64,000 nt of DNA from Octopus sinensis (GCF_006345805.1 NC_043011.1:6758001-6822000); one strand, 5' to 3'. Shown: positions 1-15,480, numbered from the stretch's first letter. Notes: generated by a model not told the origin, from the sequence alone. Numbers and translations are program-made.

Positions 1-2019
1 AGAGAAGGAGAGAAGAAAGGAGAGATAAACAGACCCCTTTAATTAACTTGATTTCAGCTCCCTTAGCTTTTCTCCTTTATTTTTGGAGATTAGAGAGATA
101 GGTGGGGTTTGGGGGTGGGGAGAGACAGACCAACAGACGTTAGCTAACTCCTTTCAAAGAAGATTATAATAACAGGGACAGTAACTCATACACATGTTGG
201 CTACACCTACCTTGGAACATGTATTTATGTGGGATGTACATGTGTCAGCATACATGTGAATGTGCAGTTGGCCATTGTTTAGATGTAAGTGAAAGTGAAA
301 GTAGCTACAAACACAGCCGTGTGTGTGTGTGTGTGTAAAAGCAACCTGACAATCACACGTATATAACTGGTATCCTATGAGAATTCCAGTTGATCTGATT
401 AATGGAACAATCTTTCTTTTACTTGTTTCAGTCATTTGACTGCGGCCATGCTGGAGCACCGCCTTTAGTCGAGCAAATCGACCCCGGGACTTATTCTTTG
501 TAAGCCCAGTACTTATTCTATCGGTCTCTTTTTACCGAACCGCTAAGTGACGGGGACATAAACACACCAGCATCGGTTGTCAAGCAATGCTAGGGGGACA
601 AACACAGACACACAAACACATACACACATACATATATATATATATATACATATATATACGACAGGCTTCTTTCAGTTTCCGTCTACCAAATCCACTCACA
701 AGGCATTGGTCGGCCCGGGGCTATAGCAGAAGACACTTGCCCAAGATGCCACGCAGTGGGACTGAACCCGGAACCATGTGGTTGGTTAGCAAGCTACTTA
801 CCACACAGCCACTCCTGCACCTAATCTGTTCGTGTAATTAACATACAAGTGGCTGAATACTCCACAGACAAATGTACCCATAATGTAGTATTTCTCAGGG
901 AGATTTCAGTGTGACACAGAATGTGACAAGGCCGACTCCTTTGAATGACAGGTACAATTCATTTTTCGCCAGCCGAGTGGACTGGAGCAATGTGACATGA
1001 AGTGTCTTGCTCAAGGACCCAATGCACCACCAGGAATCGAACACACGACCTTACCATCATCAACCAAACACCCGAACCACTAAGCCATGTACCTTCCACA
1101 CCACACACACGTATACATAGCTTTCCCTTTAGTTGGATTTCCTTTCCATTTTGTAATCGCAGTCATTATCAATCCTCCATTGCCCTGGTGGTAAATAATT
1201 GATTTGGCTCTATGCATTCTAAGTTCAAAACCTACCAAGGTCACATTTGCCTTAAACCCTTCCAGGGCCGGATCACATAAAATACCGGCCAGATACTGAG
1301 ACTGATCCGGTCAACTATCTGCCTCCCCACTGGCACCCCCAAATTTCTGGCCTTGTCATTATGTTGCTAATTGTTACTATTAAAATTAATTGGTTAATTA
1401 GCAGAATCGTTAGAGCATCAAAAATAATGCCTGTCATATCTATTCTGGCTTTTTATGTTCCAAGACCAACTTTGCCATTCTGGGGGTCAACAAAATAGCA
1501 GTTAAATACTGGGCATTGACTAATGCCCTCCCCCTTAAAATTACCAACTTTGTGCCAAGAATACAAATATCAATGCTTCGTGGCATTTTATTCATCTTTA
1601 TGTTTTGAGTTCAAATTCCGCCAATGACTGGCTCCCCGTGCTGGTAGCACATAAAAAGCACCATTCGATCGTGGCTGATGCTAGTACTGCCTGACTGGCC
1701 CTCATGCTGCCAGCACGTAAAAAGCACCCACTACACTCTCGGAGTGGTTGGTGTTAAAGAAGGGCATCCAGCTGTAGAAGCATTGCCAGGTCAGATTGGA
1801 GCCTGATGCGGCCTCCTCGCTTGCCAGTCCCCAGTCAAACTGTCCAACCCATGCCAGCATGGAAAACGGACGTTAAACAATGATGGTGATGATGATGGTG
1901 ATGATGTTACCTTTACTTTTCATCTTTTTGGGGTCGATGAAATAAGTACCAGCCATCGACTTCCCCACCCTTCAAAATTGCTGGTCTTGTGCAAAAATAA
2001 GAAAGGATTATCATCATCA

Positions 2020-2083
<64 letters not shown>

Positions 2084-2325
2084 GGTGGTGAGCTGGCAGA
2101 ATCGTTAGTACGCTGGGCGAAATGCATAGCAGTATTTTGTCTGTCTTCACGTTCTGAGTTCAAATTCTGCTGCAGTCGATTTTGCCTTTCATCCTCTCGG
2201 GGTCGATAAATTAAGTACCAGCTGTGCACTGGGGTTGATGTAATCGACTGACCCCCTCCCCCAAATTTGAGGCTTTGTACTTCAAGTAGAAAGGATTATC
2301 ATTATTATTATTATTATTTTTATTA

Positions 2326-2363
<38 letters not shown>

Positions 2364-2599
2364 GTGGCAAGCTGGCAGAATTGTTAGCATGCTGGGCAAA
2401 ATGCTTACCAGCATCTCGTCCACCTTTATGTTGAGGTCGGCTTGCTTTTCATCCCTTTTGGCCGATAAAATAAGTACCAGATGAATACTCGGATCAATGT
2501 AATCAACTTAGCCCCTCCCACAAAATTTGAAATCATTATCATTATCATCATCAACATATTGCTAGTAGGACTTGTGTAAATTCCATGGAATGGAACTGC

Positions 2600-3150
2600 G
2601 ACTTTATATAGCTATGGTGCGACCTCACCTGGAATTTGCATCACCGGTCTGGAACCCCTCAAGAGAATACCCTCCATCAGGCACTTGCCATATTCTGAAT
2701 GCCTTACTTCCCTGGGCATGGATACATTGAAACTCTGACATTTGGCAGCTGACTTGGCAGACACCTATAAAATTATCAACCATCTTACAAACAATAACTC
2801 TGAGCACCTTTTCAAACTCCACCCGTCTAACACCCGTGGACATGTTTACAAAGTCAGAAAACAGCACAGCTCCCATGACTTTTGGAAACATTTTTTCACG
2901 CTGAGAGTTGCTGAAGCATGGAACAAACTGCCGGCATCAGTTGTTAGTTGTCGGAGCACTGCATCCTTCAAAACTTCCATGCTTTCTGAGATTCGCCAAC
3001 ACTACACCTGATTTTCTCCCCTCCATACACACGCAAGCATGTATCTGACTCATACACTGTTCACTTCACAGACATTTGTACATTACTGCATATGCTTTAT
3101 ACGTGCTTTTGACAAGTTGTGGTGCACTGTATACAATAATTTCGTTATTA
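2600..3150 (+). mobile_element. CR1-clade LINE 3' fragment (internally deleted)
   Basis: LYIAMVRPHLEFASPVWNP...DLADTYKII...TRGHVYKV...FFTLRVAEAWNKLP, typical CR1 RT C-terminus. Confidence 0.8.
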
Positions 3151-3153
3151 TTA

Positions 3154-3568
3154 GGCGCAGGAGTGGCTGTGTGGTAAGTAGCTTGCTAACCAACCACATG
3201 GTTCTGGGTTCAGTCCCACTGCGTGGCATCTTGGGCAAGTGTCTTCTACTATAGCCCCGGGCCAACCAATGCCTTGTGAGTGGATTTGGTAGACGGAAAC
3301 TGAAAGAAGCCTGTCGTATATATGTATATATATGTATATATATGTATGTGTGTGTGTTTGTTTGTGTGCCTGTGTTTGTTCCCCTAGCATTGCTTGACAA
3401 CCGATGCTGGTGTGTTTACGTCCCCATCACTTAGCGGCTCAGCAAAAAGTGACCGATAGAATAAGTACTGGGCTTACAAAAAGAATAAGTCCCAGGGTCG
3501 ATTTGCTTGACTAAAGGTGGTGCTCCAGCACGGCCGCAGTCAAATGACTGAAACAAGTAAAAGAGTAA
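3154..3568 (+). mobile_element. tRNA-derived SINE family A (about 420 bp); other copies 412-821(-), 5235-5618, 10287-10696, 11886-12310, 15521-15928, 21870-22276, 22669-23075, 33173-33556(-), 35339-35685(-), 41322-41725, 45833-46190(-), 46939-47341, 50694-51090(-), 54104-54416, 56299-56690, 57813-58228(-), 58500-58873
   Basis: Head ggcgcaggagTGGCTGTGTGGtaag...GGTTCAGTCCC (Pol III A and B boxes), internal TA/TG tract, tail tgactgaaacaagtaaaagagt; near-identical copies. Confidence 0.9.
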
Positions 3569-4199
3569 CCTAGTTTAGGAAGAATGGAGGATTTGCATTT
3601 TTATAGCATTCATAGTTTAGTTTCCTTGAAATATTCTTGATGTTCTTCATCTACATTCATTTCCTCGCATCTCCATCGATGTTGTCTTTTCCCTCTTTTC
3701 ATTACATCTTCTTCCTGTTCCTCTCTGATCTGTGCATCCTTTCTTGTGAATCCATAGTTTAGGCTAAATTAACCCTTGTAAACAAATATCAATTTTTTTA
3801 AGCAAGCAGATGATAAATAATTGCATTCATGCTTTTGTGATGGTTGCTCTAAAAAAATTAGTTCAATAACAAAAAAATACTTTTCACTATCAACACCACC
3901 ACCACCACCACCTGCCTCTCTCTCTCTCTCTCTCAATAACTGCCTCCCCTGCCCATCTCTCTCTATCTGTCTGTCTTACCCTTCAGCTAATGTTTTAGCA
4001 ACACAATAAGTATTCCTTCCCCACCCCCACCACACATCATTAACACTTCTCTCTCCCACTTTTTTCTCTCCTTCTTCACCTCTACCTAAAGCTGACAACA
4101 TGGCCTTTTGGCCTAAATATATTAATATTAATCACCTTTCTCTACTTCTTCCTCTCTTCTCTCTTCACCCCGCCCTCCCCCTCTCGAAGTAACTAATAT

Positions 4200-4427
4200 T
4201 TAACCCTTTAGTGTTTAAACCGGTTATATCCGGCCCAAATATTCTACACATTTTATGCTCAAACTGGCCAGAACCAGTATCTCACACCTACCCTGCAATG
4301 TAATTCTAAAAATAAACAATTACATCTTTCAAATCTTGAAGCTACAAGATAATACCAGGTTAATTTTTTAAAATGTAAATGAATAAGGATTACTTATGAC
4401 ATATTAATTTGAACGCTAAAGAGTTAA
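4200..4427. mobile_element. piggyBac-type MITE (TTAA target duplication); other copies 20249-20482, 36180-36408, 43490-44153 (with nested RTE UTR)
   Basis: TTAA-CCCTTTAG...CTAAAG(A/G)G-TTAA termini with a shared internal sequence. Confidence 0.8.
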
Positions 4428-4820
4428 TGGCAAACGAACAAGCAGATTATTTCTCCTGTTGTGTGGACAATGTGTGTGTGACTTGGGGTTATCTTGTTGT
4501 GTGGTGTTTGTTCTTTGTATATGTGTTGTATGGGTTGCCCTATAGCATTGAGTGGTCAATGTGTTGATTGTATGTTAGGGAGGCCATCATCATCATCATC
4601 ATCATTATTATTACTACTGAACTGGGAAGCTGGAGAGCTGCACCAGGTTCCATCCCAAATCAAAGTGGCACCTGGTGCAGCTCTCCGGCATACAGTTCCA
4701 GCCAAACTGTTCATCCCATGCCAGCATGGAAAGCGGATGTTAAACGATGATGATGATGATGATGATGATGATGGTTGTTGTTAATCTCATCTCTTTTGCC
4801 TCTCTTTTCTGCTGCCTTAC

Positions 4821-4929
4821 CATCCAAGAGTTGATGTTCTCGGTAAAATCGCTGCTGGCTGTGAGGCAGTGGCTTCACCGATTTCTCTAGCAACATGTCT
4901 TCTATCATATTCAACAGATCCAAGGCTTT
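4821..4929 (-). CDS. IDE: IDE coding exon 22 (last found in window)
   Basis: ctccag|[36 protein letters not shown]|gtaag. Confidence 0.93.
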
Positions 4930-7900
4930 CTGGAGACGTCACATCATCGGAACATCAGCAAACAACGGCAAGAGACAAATGGAACCGAAAAAACAAAACA
5001 AAACAAAAAAAATTATTAGAAATAATAAAAAACAACAAAACAGAATACAAACAAAAACAAACAACAGGGAGAAGAAAAACTGGATGAAATTTTTGCAAAA
5101 CAAAGAAAAAAGTGAATAAGAAAAATACAACATTAAAAAAAGAAGAAAAAGTCAGAAAAAAATTATTAAAGAAAAAGTTGAACTTTTTAGCATTCTGATA
5201 ATTTTGTCAAATGTAAAGATTGTTTTTTCACATTGCAGGAGTGGCTGTGTGGTAAGTAGCTTGCTAACCAACCACATGGTTCAGGGTTCAGTCCCACTGT
5301 GTGACACCTTGGGCAAGTGTTTTCTACTATAGCCTCGGGCCAACCAAAGCCTTGTGAGTGGATTTGGTAGACGGAAACAGAAAGAAGCCTGTCGTATATA
5401 TGCATATATGTGTGTGTGTGTTTGTCCCCCTAGCATTGATTGACAACCGACGCTGGTGTGTTTATGTCCCTGTTACTTAGCGGTTCAGCAAAAGAGACCG
5501 ATAGAATAAGTACTGGGCTTACAAAGAATAAGTCCCGGGGTCGAGTTGCTCGACTAAAGGCGGTGCTCCAGCATGGCCGCAGTCAAATGACTGAAACAAG
5601 TAAAAGAGAGTAAAGAGTATTGTTTTTAATTAATCCTGGATTATCTCCTTGCTTCCAGATTCTGATGATGTGATTGTATATTTTTAGAACGACATTGTAG
5701 GGTAGGTGTGAGAGGCTGGATCTGGTTGGTTTAAACATAAAACATGCAAAATATACGGGTTGGATATGGATGGCTTAAATGCTAAGGAACTCAAATATTT
5801 TAAAAAAGAGAAAAAAAATAATAGTAAAGTCATGATCATCATCATCGTCAATTTTAATATCCATTTTTTTTCCATGCTTGAATGCATCAGACTATTTGTT
5901 GAGGCAGATACTTTATGACTGGATGCTCTTTCTGTCACCAACCCTCGTTTGCAATAGCATGGGATATGAGGAGAAGATACACACACACTCTGACATGCAT
6001 GTGTGTGTGTGTGTGTGTGAATAAGATTTTCAGAGGACAGAGAGGTAGAAAAGAGAGAGAAAGCATAATGTACTCCAAGATGCACCATGCCTGAAAAAAC
6101 AAAAGATAAACCAACAAAAATGTGGGATTGCCATTATTGGAATGTCTTTACTCATCAAGACTGACCAGGGGTTAATCAACAACAATAACAACATACAAAC
6201 CAACAAAGCATGGCAGTCTCTTTGTAGCCACGTGACCTGCTTGAAATAACAGCCAATTTCTCTCAAATCATGCTCTGATCCTTCAAAACAAAGGAAAAAT
6301 AAACCCAGACCATAGGCCTAGATACCCAATGTGTGCACAAAAGAAGGGATGGAGGTTGCTAGATGATTGAAACAGGGTTGAGATGGGGTTCAAGGAGATC
6401 AAATGAAGCTGAGGTTTACCTCTTGAGAAGTGTTTCCATAGACCAGGCCCTCAATATACATCTTCGACAGCAGTAACGGAATAAAAGCCTGTAGATCATC
6501 ACAAGTGATGTCTGGAAAGAGAAACGGTAAAAAATCACATTTGGGAATAAAGTCATGGTCGGTTGACGGTTACAAGTTTACTTGAGAAGAGACAGGACCT
6601 AGGTTCAATCTCACTAAACAGCAACTTCAAGATGTTAGGGTCAGTTGTCCAGCACCCTAACTTGTGTGTCTGGGTGTGTGAGGCTATATAGGGGTGTGAA
6701 GGTAGACAGCTCAGTGGTTGAGGTATTCGGCTCATGAGTGTAAGGTCACGAGTTCAATACCTGGTGGTGCAATGTGTCATTGAGCAAGACACTTTATTTT
6801 CACATTGCTCCAGTCCACTCAGCTGGCAAAACTGAGCTGTACCTGTCATTCAAAAGGGGCAAGCCTTGTCACATTGTGTGTCACGCTGAACCTCCCTGAA
6901 AACTACATTAAGGGTACATGTTTCTGTGGTGAGCTAGCAGAAACGTTAGCACACCGGACGAAATGCTTAGCGGTATTTCGTCTGCCGCTACGTTGTGAGT
7001 TCAAATTCCGCCGAGGTCGACTTTGCCTTCCATCCTTTCGGGGTCGGTAAATAAAGTACCAGTTACGCACTGGGGTCGATGTAATCGACTTAATACCTAT
7101 GTCTGTCCTTGTTTGTCTCTATGTTTAGCCCCTTGTGGGTAATAAAGAAATAGGTATTTCGTCTGCCGCTACGTTCTGAGTTCAAATTCCACCGAGGTCG
7201 ACTTTGCCTTTCATCCTTTCGGGGTCAATTAAATAAGTACCAGTTATGCACTGGGGTCGATATAATCGACTTAATCCGTTTGTTTGTCCTTGTTTGTCCT
7301 CTCCGTGTTTAGCCCCTTGTGGGTAGTAAAGAAATAGGTACATGCGTCTGTGGAGTACTCAGCCACTTGCACAATTCCACAAGCAGGTTGTTCTGTTGAT
7401 CTGATCAACTGGAACATGTCAGTTTCTTTGGAGAGGTCAAGTCTCATGCCTGCGCGTGTGTGTGTGTGTGCTTACAGACACATGTGTGTGTGTGTGTGCT
7501 TACAGACACATGTGCGTGTGTGTGTGCTTACAGACACGTGTGTGTGTGTGTGCTTACAGACACATGTGCGTGTGTGTGTGCTTACAGACACATGTGCGTG
7601 TGTGTGTGCTTACAGACACATGTGTGTGTGTGTGTGCACATACTTAGGCTTTCTGTGAAGACTGAGGTAAATTAAATCATGTTGCTATGGTGTCTGTCAC
7701 CACTGGTCAACAGATGTCACATATGTCACAATGTGCCATTAGATGTCAACAGGTTTCACCAAATGTCACTGAATGTCCTCTACTCATACAATAGCTGTCA
7801 CATTTTCTTGAGTACAAACAGCGAAAGAGTCTTTACCTGCTAGAAATAGCAGGCAGATCTCCCTCAAATCCCACCCTGCCATCTTAGAAAAAAATACATT

Positions 7901-9277
7901 GAATAATGTAAGTTTATATGAACTCTGCTCAGCAAAAAAGACTGGGTGGTCACAGTGGGAATGTATTTTCATCAAAGGTCTGCTAGATTAGGATATGTAT
8001 TATATATATATATATATGACTAGTCTTATGTCTGTGATCAGTATTGTGTTTATGACCAGTAATGTCTGTGACAATGTCACAAACATGTATGACCATTAAC
8101 ATTAATTTCTGCAATCAATATTAAGTCTGCAACTAAGGCAGCAACCTGCCAGAATCCTTAGAAATGTTTAGCGGCATTTCGTCTGTCTTTACATTCTGAG
8201 TTCAAACTCCACTGAGGTCGACTTTGCCTTTCATCCTTTCGGGGTCAATAGATTAGGTACCAGTGATACACTGGGGTTGGTGTAATCGACTTACTCCCTC
8301 TCCTAGAATTGCTGGCCTTGTGCCAAAGACTGAAACTGATATTAATTCTGTGACTAAGACATTAAGGTCTTAAGTAGCCCAGTCCACCCAGACGTAAACA
8401 AGTACCACACGGTAGGATCAGATTTTACAGAAATGAGAAAGAAGACGAGCCGCATACCTTCGACTGCTTCCAGCAGTTGTGTTTTGGTCCACATTTGTTC
8501 AGTCATCAAAATAGTCAGATAATACATGGTGTGTTGGTGGGGCTGCTCAGCAGCAAAGTTACTCAAAGTCCGGCTATACTGCACAGAAAGAAACAACAAA
8601 CAGACATTTCAATAGTGTGCATGTGTGCGTGTGTGTGTGTGTGTGTGCGTATTGATTCTGTCTGAAGAATTTCTAGTAGTAGACTTCTTGCACGATTTCT
8701 TCTACATGAACAATTTTGTAACACCTATTAGCAAAGGAAACATGTGTAATGGTGAGTAAACAACACGAAAAAGCATTTTCAACTTACTGTTTACATACAC
8801 ACACATACATGCATGCACACACACACATATATAAGGCCCCACATTGCAAAGATTATATCAGGGAAAAAAATCCCTCATCCACCTTATTCCTCGGGCCTTG
8901 CTCCTTCTGGTCACCATTTGTTTTGAGGCTTACAGAATCATTTAGATGGATTAATACTCAAAAGCCTCCAAAAAGGTCGAAACTCACCTCTCTTCCTTCT
9001 TCTCATCAAAACCAAAAATGTTAGTGACCAATGGAATTAAAAAATTAACGAGTAGATGGAAAGTAGTCATCGATAATGGTGGGAATTATATACAGGATGA
9101 AATTTTAATAAAATGTAAAATTCGATCACTTTTTTCCTTACCCAAAATTCGGACATTACTTATTAAATGACCAGATATTACAGAAAATAGAGTAAGTTTC
9201 AAACACAGAATAGGTTGCTTTAATTTCTGTAAAATACCAACTTGATAACACTCAATACATACAAGTTTGTTTATAAT

Positions 9278-9325
<48 letters not shown>

Positions 9326-10446
9326 TCATCATTTAGCGTCCGCTTTCCATGCTAGCATGGGTTGGACGGTTCAACTGGGGTCTGTGAAGCCAGAAGGCTG
9401 CACCAGGCTCCAGTCTGATCTGGCAGTGTTTCTATGGCTGGATGCCCTTCCTAACGCCAACCACTCCGTGAGTGTAGTAGGTGCTTTTTATGTGCCACCC
9501 GCACAGGTGCCAGACGGAGCTGGCAAACGGCCATGGATGGATGGTGCTTTTTACGTGCCACCGGCACGGGGGCCCGGCGAGGCTGGCAACGGCCACGAAC
9601 GGATGGTGCTTTTTACATGCCACCGGCACGGAGGCCAGTCGGGGCCGCGCTGGCAACGGCCACGATCGGATGGTTCGCTTACTTGTCACCGGCACTGGTA
9701 TCACAGCTGCAATTTCCATTGAGTTGATCGACTTCGATTTTGGTTCTGCTTTCTGATATCTGATTTGATTTGGTTTGATTTTATATATATATATCATCAT
9801 CATCATCATCATCATCGTTTAATGTCCGCTTTCCATGCTAGCATGGGTTGGACATACATACATACATACATACATACATACATACACAGAGGCGCAATGG
9901 CCCAGTGGTTAGGGCAGCGGACTCGTGGTTGTAGGATCACGGTTTCAATGCCCAGACTGGACGTTGTGAGTGTTTGTTGGGTGAAAACACCTAAAGCTCC
10001 ACGAGCCTTGGCAGGGGGTGGTGGCGATCCCTGTTGTACTCTTTCGCCACAACTTCCTCTCACTCTTTCTTCTGTTGGCCTGCTCGATTAGCAAGCAGGG
10101 TGGCGTCATTTGAAGGCTAAAACAATGTGAAGCGCATTGTGACCAGCGATGTGTAGCAACATCTGATAGCCTGGTCGGTAACGGTGATATACACACACAC
10201 ACACACATCTCTGATTCATCAAGCTCTTACCCTGATGTCACTAAATCATAGTCTGTGTCGTGTGATACATGTGAAAGACAAGTAGTGGCAGGAGTGGCTG
10301 TGTGGTAAGTAGCTTGCCTACCAACCACATGGTTCCGGGTTCAGTCCCACTGCGTGGCATCTTGGGCAAGTGTCTTCTGCTATAGCCCCGGGCCGACCAA
10401 TGCCTTGTGAGTGGATTTGGTAGACGGAAACTGAAAGAAGCCTGTC

Positions 10447-10491
<45 letters not shown>

Positions 10492-13306
10492 TGTGTGTCT
10501 GTGTGTTTGTCCCCCTAGCATTGCTTGACAACCGATGCTCGTGTGTTCACGTCCCCGTCACTTAGCGGTTCGGCAAAAGAGACCGATAGAATAAGTACTG
10601 GGCTTACAAAAGAATAAGTCCCGGGGTTGATTTGCTCGACTAAAGGCGGTGCTCCAGCATGGCCGCAGTCAAATGACTGAAACAAGTAAAAGAGTAGCTG
10701 TCTGTCTCATTCCCTGATGTCAGTGTGAAGTCTCCTTGGTTTGCTCGTTCACTTCAAGAATGGTGGCTGATCAGATGGTTGCCTGATTTCCTCCTTCATA
10801 TCCTTAAGGACTTTTGCGACAGTGTTGCTGCTACCCTCTTCAATCACTATCCCCTCTGCTGGATCTGTGTAGGGTACCCTTTCTCATATACACGTCTTGT
10901 CAGAAATCTTTCAGAGCAGCACCTCATAGATTCTTCTTGGAATTAGTGACAGCAACTGTGTCACCGTCATTCCAAACAGACTTTACTCACAACACATCCT
11001 GGTTCACATTGATTCCCTGTTTTGCTGTCTGGAACACCTCACACCTCTCACCTTCTGCTTAGATCATTTGTATCACACACACATATGGACTATGGAAGCA
11101 CTCCGTCGGTTACGACGACGAGGGTTCCGGTTGATCCGATCAACGGAACAGCCTGCTCATGAAATTAACGTCTAAGTGGCTGAGCACTCCACAGACACGT
11201 GTACCCTTAACGTAGTTCTCGGGGATATTCAGCGTGACACAGAGAGTGACAAGGCCGGCCCTTTGAAATACAGGTACAACAGAAACAGGAAGTAAGAGTG
11301 AGAGAAAGTTGTGGTGAAAGAATACAGCAGGGATCACCACCATCCCCTGCTGGAGCCTTGTGGAGCTTTAGGTGTTTTCGCTCAATAAACACTCACAATG
11401 CCCGGTCTGGGAATCGAAACCGCAATCCCATGACCGCGAGTCCGCTGCCCTAACCACTGGGCCATTGCACCTCCACACATATATAGACATGCATACACAC
11501 ACACACACACACAGATACACAAATACATTCATGCACACATGCAAATACATACATCCATACATACATATAAACCAACTAATGAAAATACAAATATAGAATT
11601 CTACTCCCATTGTACATATTACAACAATCAAAGATATGAGGACTTACCGATTCCTTGAGAATAGCAAAACGCTTTGGATCTACAGTAAAATTAAGAAACT
11701 TCTCCATGATTTTCTTCAACAAAACCGATTGTTTATCATTGTAACCTTGGACATAAAGCTGAAAAATAAAGAGGGAGAAAAAAGAAATTTGTTTCATAAA
11801 CACACAAACAACACTATTTGCATACAAGGAACCTCTTTTATTTTCTATGGAATTTCCTCACATGGAAAGGATCATTATATTTATAGGCGCAGGAGTGGCT
11901 GTGTGGTAAGTAGCTTGCTAACCAACCACATGATTCTGGGTTCAGTCCCACTGCATGGCATCTTGGGCAAGTGTCTTCTACTATAGCCCCAGGCCAATCA
12001 ATGCCTTGTGAGTGGATTTAGTAGATGGAAACTGAAAGAAGCCTGTCGTATATATGTATATATATATATATATGTGTATACGTGTGTGTGTGTTTGTGTG
12101 TCTGTGTTTGTCCCCCTAGCGTTGCTTGACAACCGATGCTGGTGTGTTTACGTCCCCGTCACTTAGCGGTTCGGCAAAAGAGACCGATAGAATAAGTACT
12201 GGGCTTACAAAGAATAAGTCCCGGGGTCGATTTGCTTGACTAAAGGCGGTGCTCCAGCATGGCCGCAGTCAAAATGACTGAAACAAGTAAAAGAGTAAAA
12301 GAGTAAGAGTATGGCTTTGGTTACACCAGGGTTGTAGGAGAAGACTCAATTCAGCAAGAAGTGATAAATTAAAGAACTTAACCCAAAAATGTAGAGTATT
12401 CTTCAATAAATTCTAACTAAACTCAAAAATGCTAATACTCTGAGTCTTGCATCAACAGAAAATTCCATTTTGTCTGCCAGGGACCATGACTGACAATTCT
12501 TATATCTATGAGTACAAAACACCACTGGCAGCATTATAAAAAGATAGTTCTTCTCTCTGACAACAGCAACAACATCAATAATAAAGCACAAAACAAATGA
12601 CAAACAAAAGAGAAAAACAGAAAGAAAAGCAATTATAAGAGCATAATTAAATAATTAACATCAAGGGAGAGAGAGACAGACAGACAGACTCAGAGAGAGG
12701 AAGTGAGATACAGAAAGACAGAATGACAGAAAGGGAAAGAGAGGAAGAAGAGGAAGTGGAGGGAGAGAGAAAGAATGAGACTACAGTGAGAGACAAAGAG
12801 AGAAAGTGAAAGTAGAAATTGGGGGGAGTGGTTGTAAGTGTGGTGGTAATGTGCAAAGGGGGAAGGTATGTAGGGGTATTTCCTATTTATGGTGGAGTCT
12901 GTTTATTGTTATCAGTTTGGGACAAAGCCTTTTTTTGATAACAATAACCAACTGATAACAAAAAGCAAATAGAGAGTTTGGACTCACTTATTCTGATAAC
13001 ACTGATAACCTTACCCATGATTACAATAATCAGCTTCCACTGTATTGGTTTCATTGCTTTCAAAGAAGAGACAATAGCATCACCATCTTCAATTCCACCA
13101 CCAACACCACCACCACCGTTGCTATGATCAGGTCAAACAAGGTCATGTATTTTAAGAACAGCTTTAGAACTTAGGGTGACAATGAACTTGATTGACCCGA
13201 CACTATTTCCCAGCATGCTTTGGTTCCTCCCCCAGTAACCACCTACACCACCACTCATTCAACATTACTGTATGTGTTTGTGTGTGTATATATATATATG
13301 TATGTA

Positions 13307-13363
<57 letters not shown>

Positions 13364-13372
13364 ATGTATGTA

Positions 13373-13424
<52 letters not shown>

Positions 13425-14057
13425 CAGGAGGCTGAGAGAGAGAGAGAGAAGGAGAAAGAGAAAGACAGAGAGATGAGTGTGACTCCGAACAATGACCACT
13501 CTCAGAACAATCCTTTTTCCTGGACAAAATCCAAGAAGGCATAATCACACATTCCTGATGTTGTTGTTTAACACTAGGTCAGCCTTTATCAAGCCAGGCC
13601 GATGATGATAAAAGGCATTTCACCCATGGCCATCTTGTCTTTCTGTTTATTCTTCTCTCGACATAATCTACCTTGGACATTGCCTAATGTGTCCTTCCAT
13701 TTAATAAGACAACTGCATGAGATGAGGGACATTTGGCTGCTATTTCAGGCAGGTCAAGTGAGAACATAGCGTACTCATTGATGCTGTGTTGTTATTATTG
13801 GGGTGGTGGTGGTGGTGAGGAAGATGAGGGGAAGGGATAGTGATGTTAGTGGGGGGTGGGGGGGTTCTTTAACCAAAGCTAAGTTCCAAGTTCTGCTCAG
13901 TATTGTTGTTGTCGTTCTTCTTCTTTGTGGATGTTCTGCAAGATTTCCTTTTCCGCAAACAACAAATTCCCAGCCATTCCGTTTGATTACACATATTTAA
14001 TGAGTGGTCACTCACCCGTCCACCCATCGATCAGTTCTCTTCTCTCCCTCCAAACAG

Positions 14058-14088
<31 letters not shown>

Positions 14089-15480
14089 CACAGATACACA
14101 CAGTCACACAAATATATATATAAATAGATACATATACAACCACGCATACACACACACACATATACCTACACATGCAAAGATACATACAAACTCATGCACA
14201 AATGCTTACACATACACACCCAAAACTACATACACATATACAGACATATACTCATACATGCATACATATATCCACATATCCAAACACACACATTCAGTCT
14301 ACACATCCATCAAAAGGGTAGCTGTTATCACCAATTACCTGGTGCAGCTAATGTTTCCTAAATATGTCATCCACAGGTCAAGCGTAAAAGTACTTTGCAT
14401 GTCTCACAATTACTGACCACAGATGACCACACACTGCCCAGGCTTGATTTCCCACCAGACACAGACACAACCTTTGCTCCTCTAACATAATTCTCACACA
14501 TTAAGATGGAATACTCACTCCAAGTCCGTACGATGTGATGTCCAAAGAATAGAAAAGTCCTGCGATTTCAGCATGGTAGGTGTACTCGTTGAGGGCATCG
14601 CGGAAGGCACTCAGAAACAGTACGGTCATATTGGTGTGAACGGGATCAACATTAGCGAGCAGACTGGAATGATAAAAGGTGGGTGAAAGAGAGAGAAACA
14701 CCAGCAATCCTTAATATAACAAGACAGACACTTTATGGAAGAATAACAGATTTGATAAACTAAAATAAACAGAAATAACTTTATCTCTTACTAGCAGTAT
14801 CACCCGGCATTGCTCGGGTTTGTTTCAACCCTTTAGAATTGGAATTTTTGAAAAGTAAAAATTTTGCATTAAGTAGCTTGTTATTCTCTTTAAGTGAATA
14901 TTTTTCTGGTTGAAATACACCGAAAAATGGCGACACAGCACTCAAAAAATCGTAAAAAATAGGGATTTTCATAGAAACAAAGCACTGTTTTGATGTAAAT
15001 AATTTTTGTGTTAACATGGTCCAATTTGAATATTTTCTACTACGGAAGGAAGAGCAAGCCTTCTTCTATCATACTCTCAATTTTGGTCAACTTGCGTCGC
15101 AGGGTCTCAGAGGAGATAGTGTTAGTTGAAGGCTACCAAACCTGCCATACACTGAAGACAACTTCAGTTTTATATATAGAGAGAGAGATTTCAATTACAA
15201 GCGCTGCAGCAAAGCTCATCCTCCTCCTTTTAACATCCGCTTTTCCATGCTTGCAATGGGTGGAATCAGTTGAAGTTTTTGAATTTTCACGGCCAGGTGC
15301 TCTTGCTGTTGCTAACCCTTACCAAGTGATATTTTCCCTCTTGACTGGATGTCTTTATGGAAGAATGAAAACAAGCAACACTGCCTCTATGACAGGGACA
15401 CATGGTTACAGCTATCACAAGATGTCAATACAAGGTAACACACACACACATACTTGTGTGCGTTAGCATATATATATAAA

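Noticed and set aside
3154-3230. tRNA genes at SINE heads
   Set aside because: A and B boxes are present, but each continues into a SINE body and no full cloverleaf is supported.
1-4820. Next IDE exon (…EQLGY region)
   Set aside because: No matching sequence was found; it presumably lies beyond the left edge of the window.
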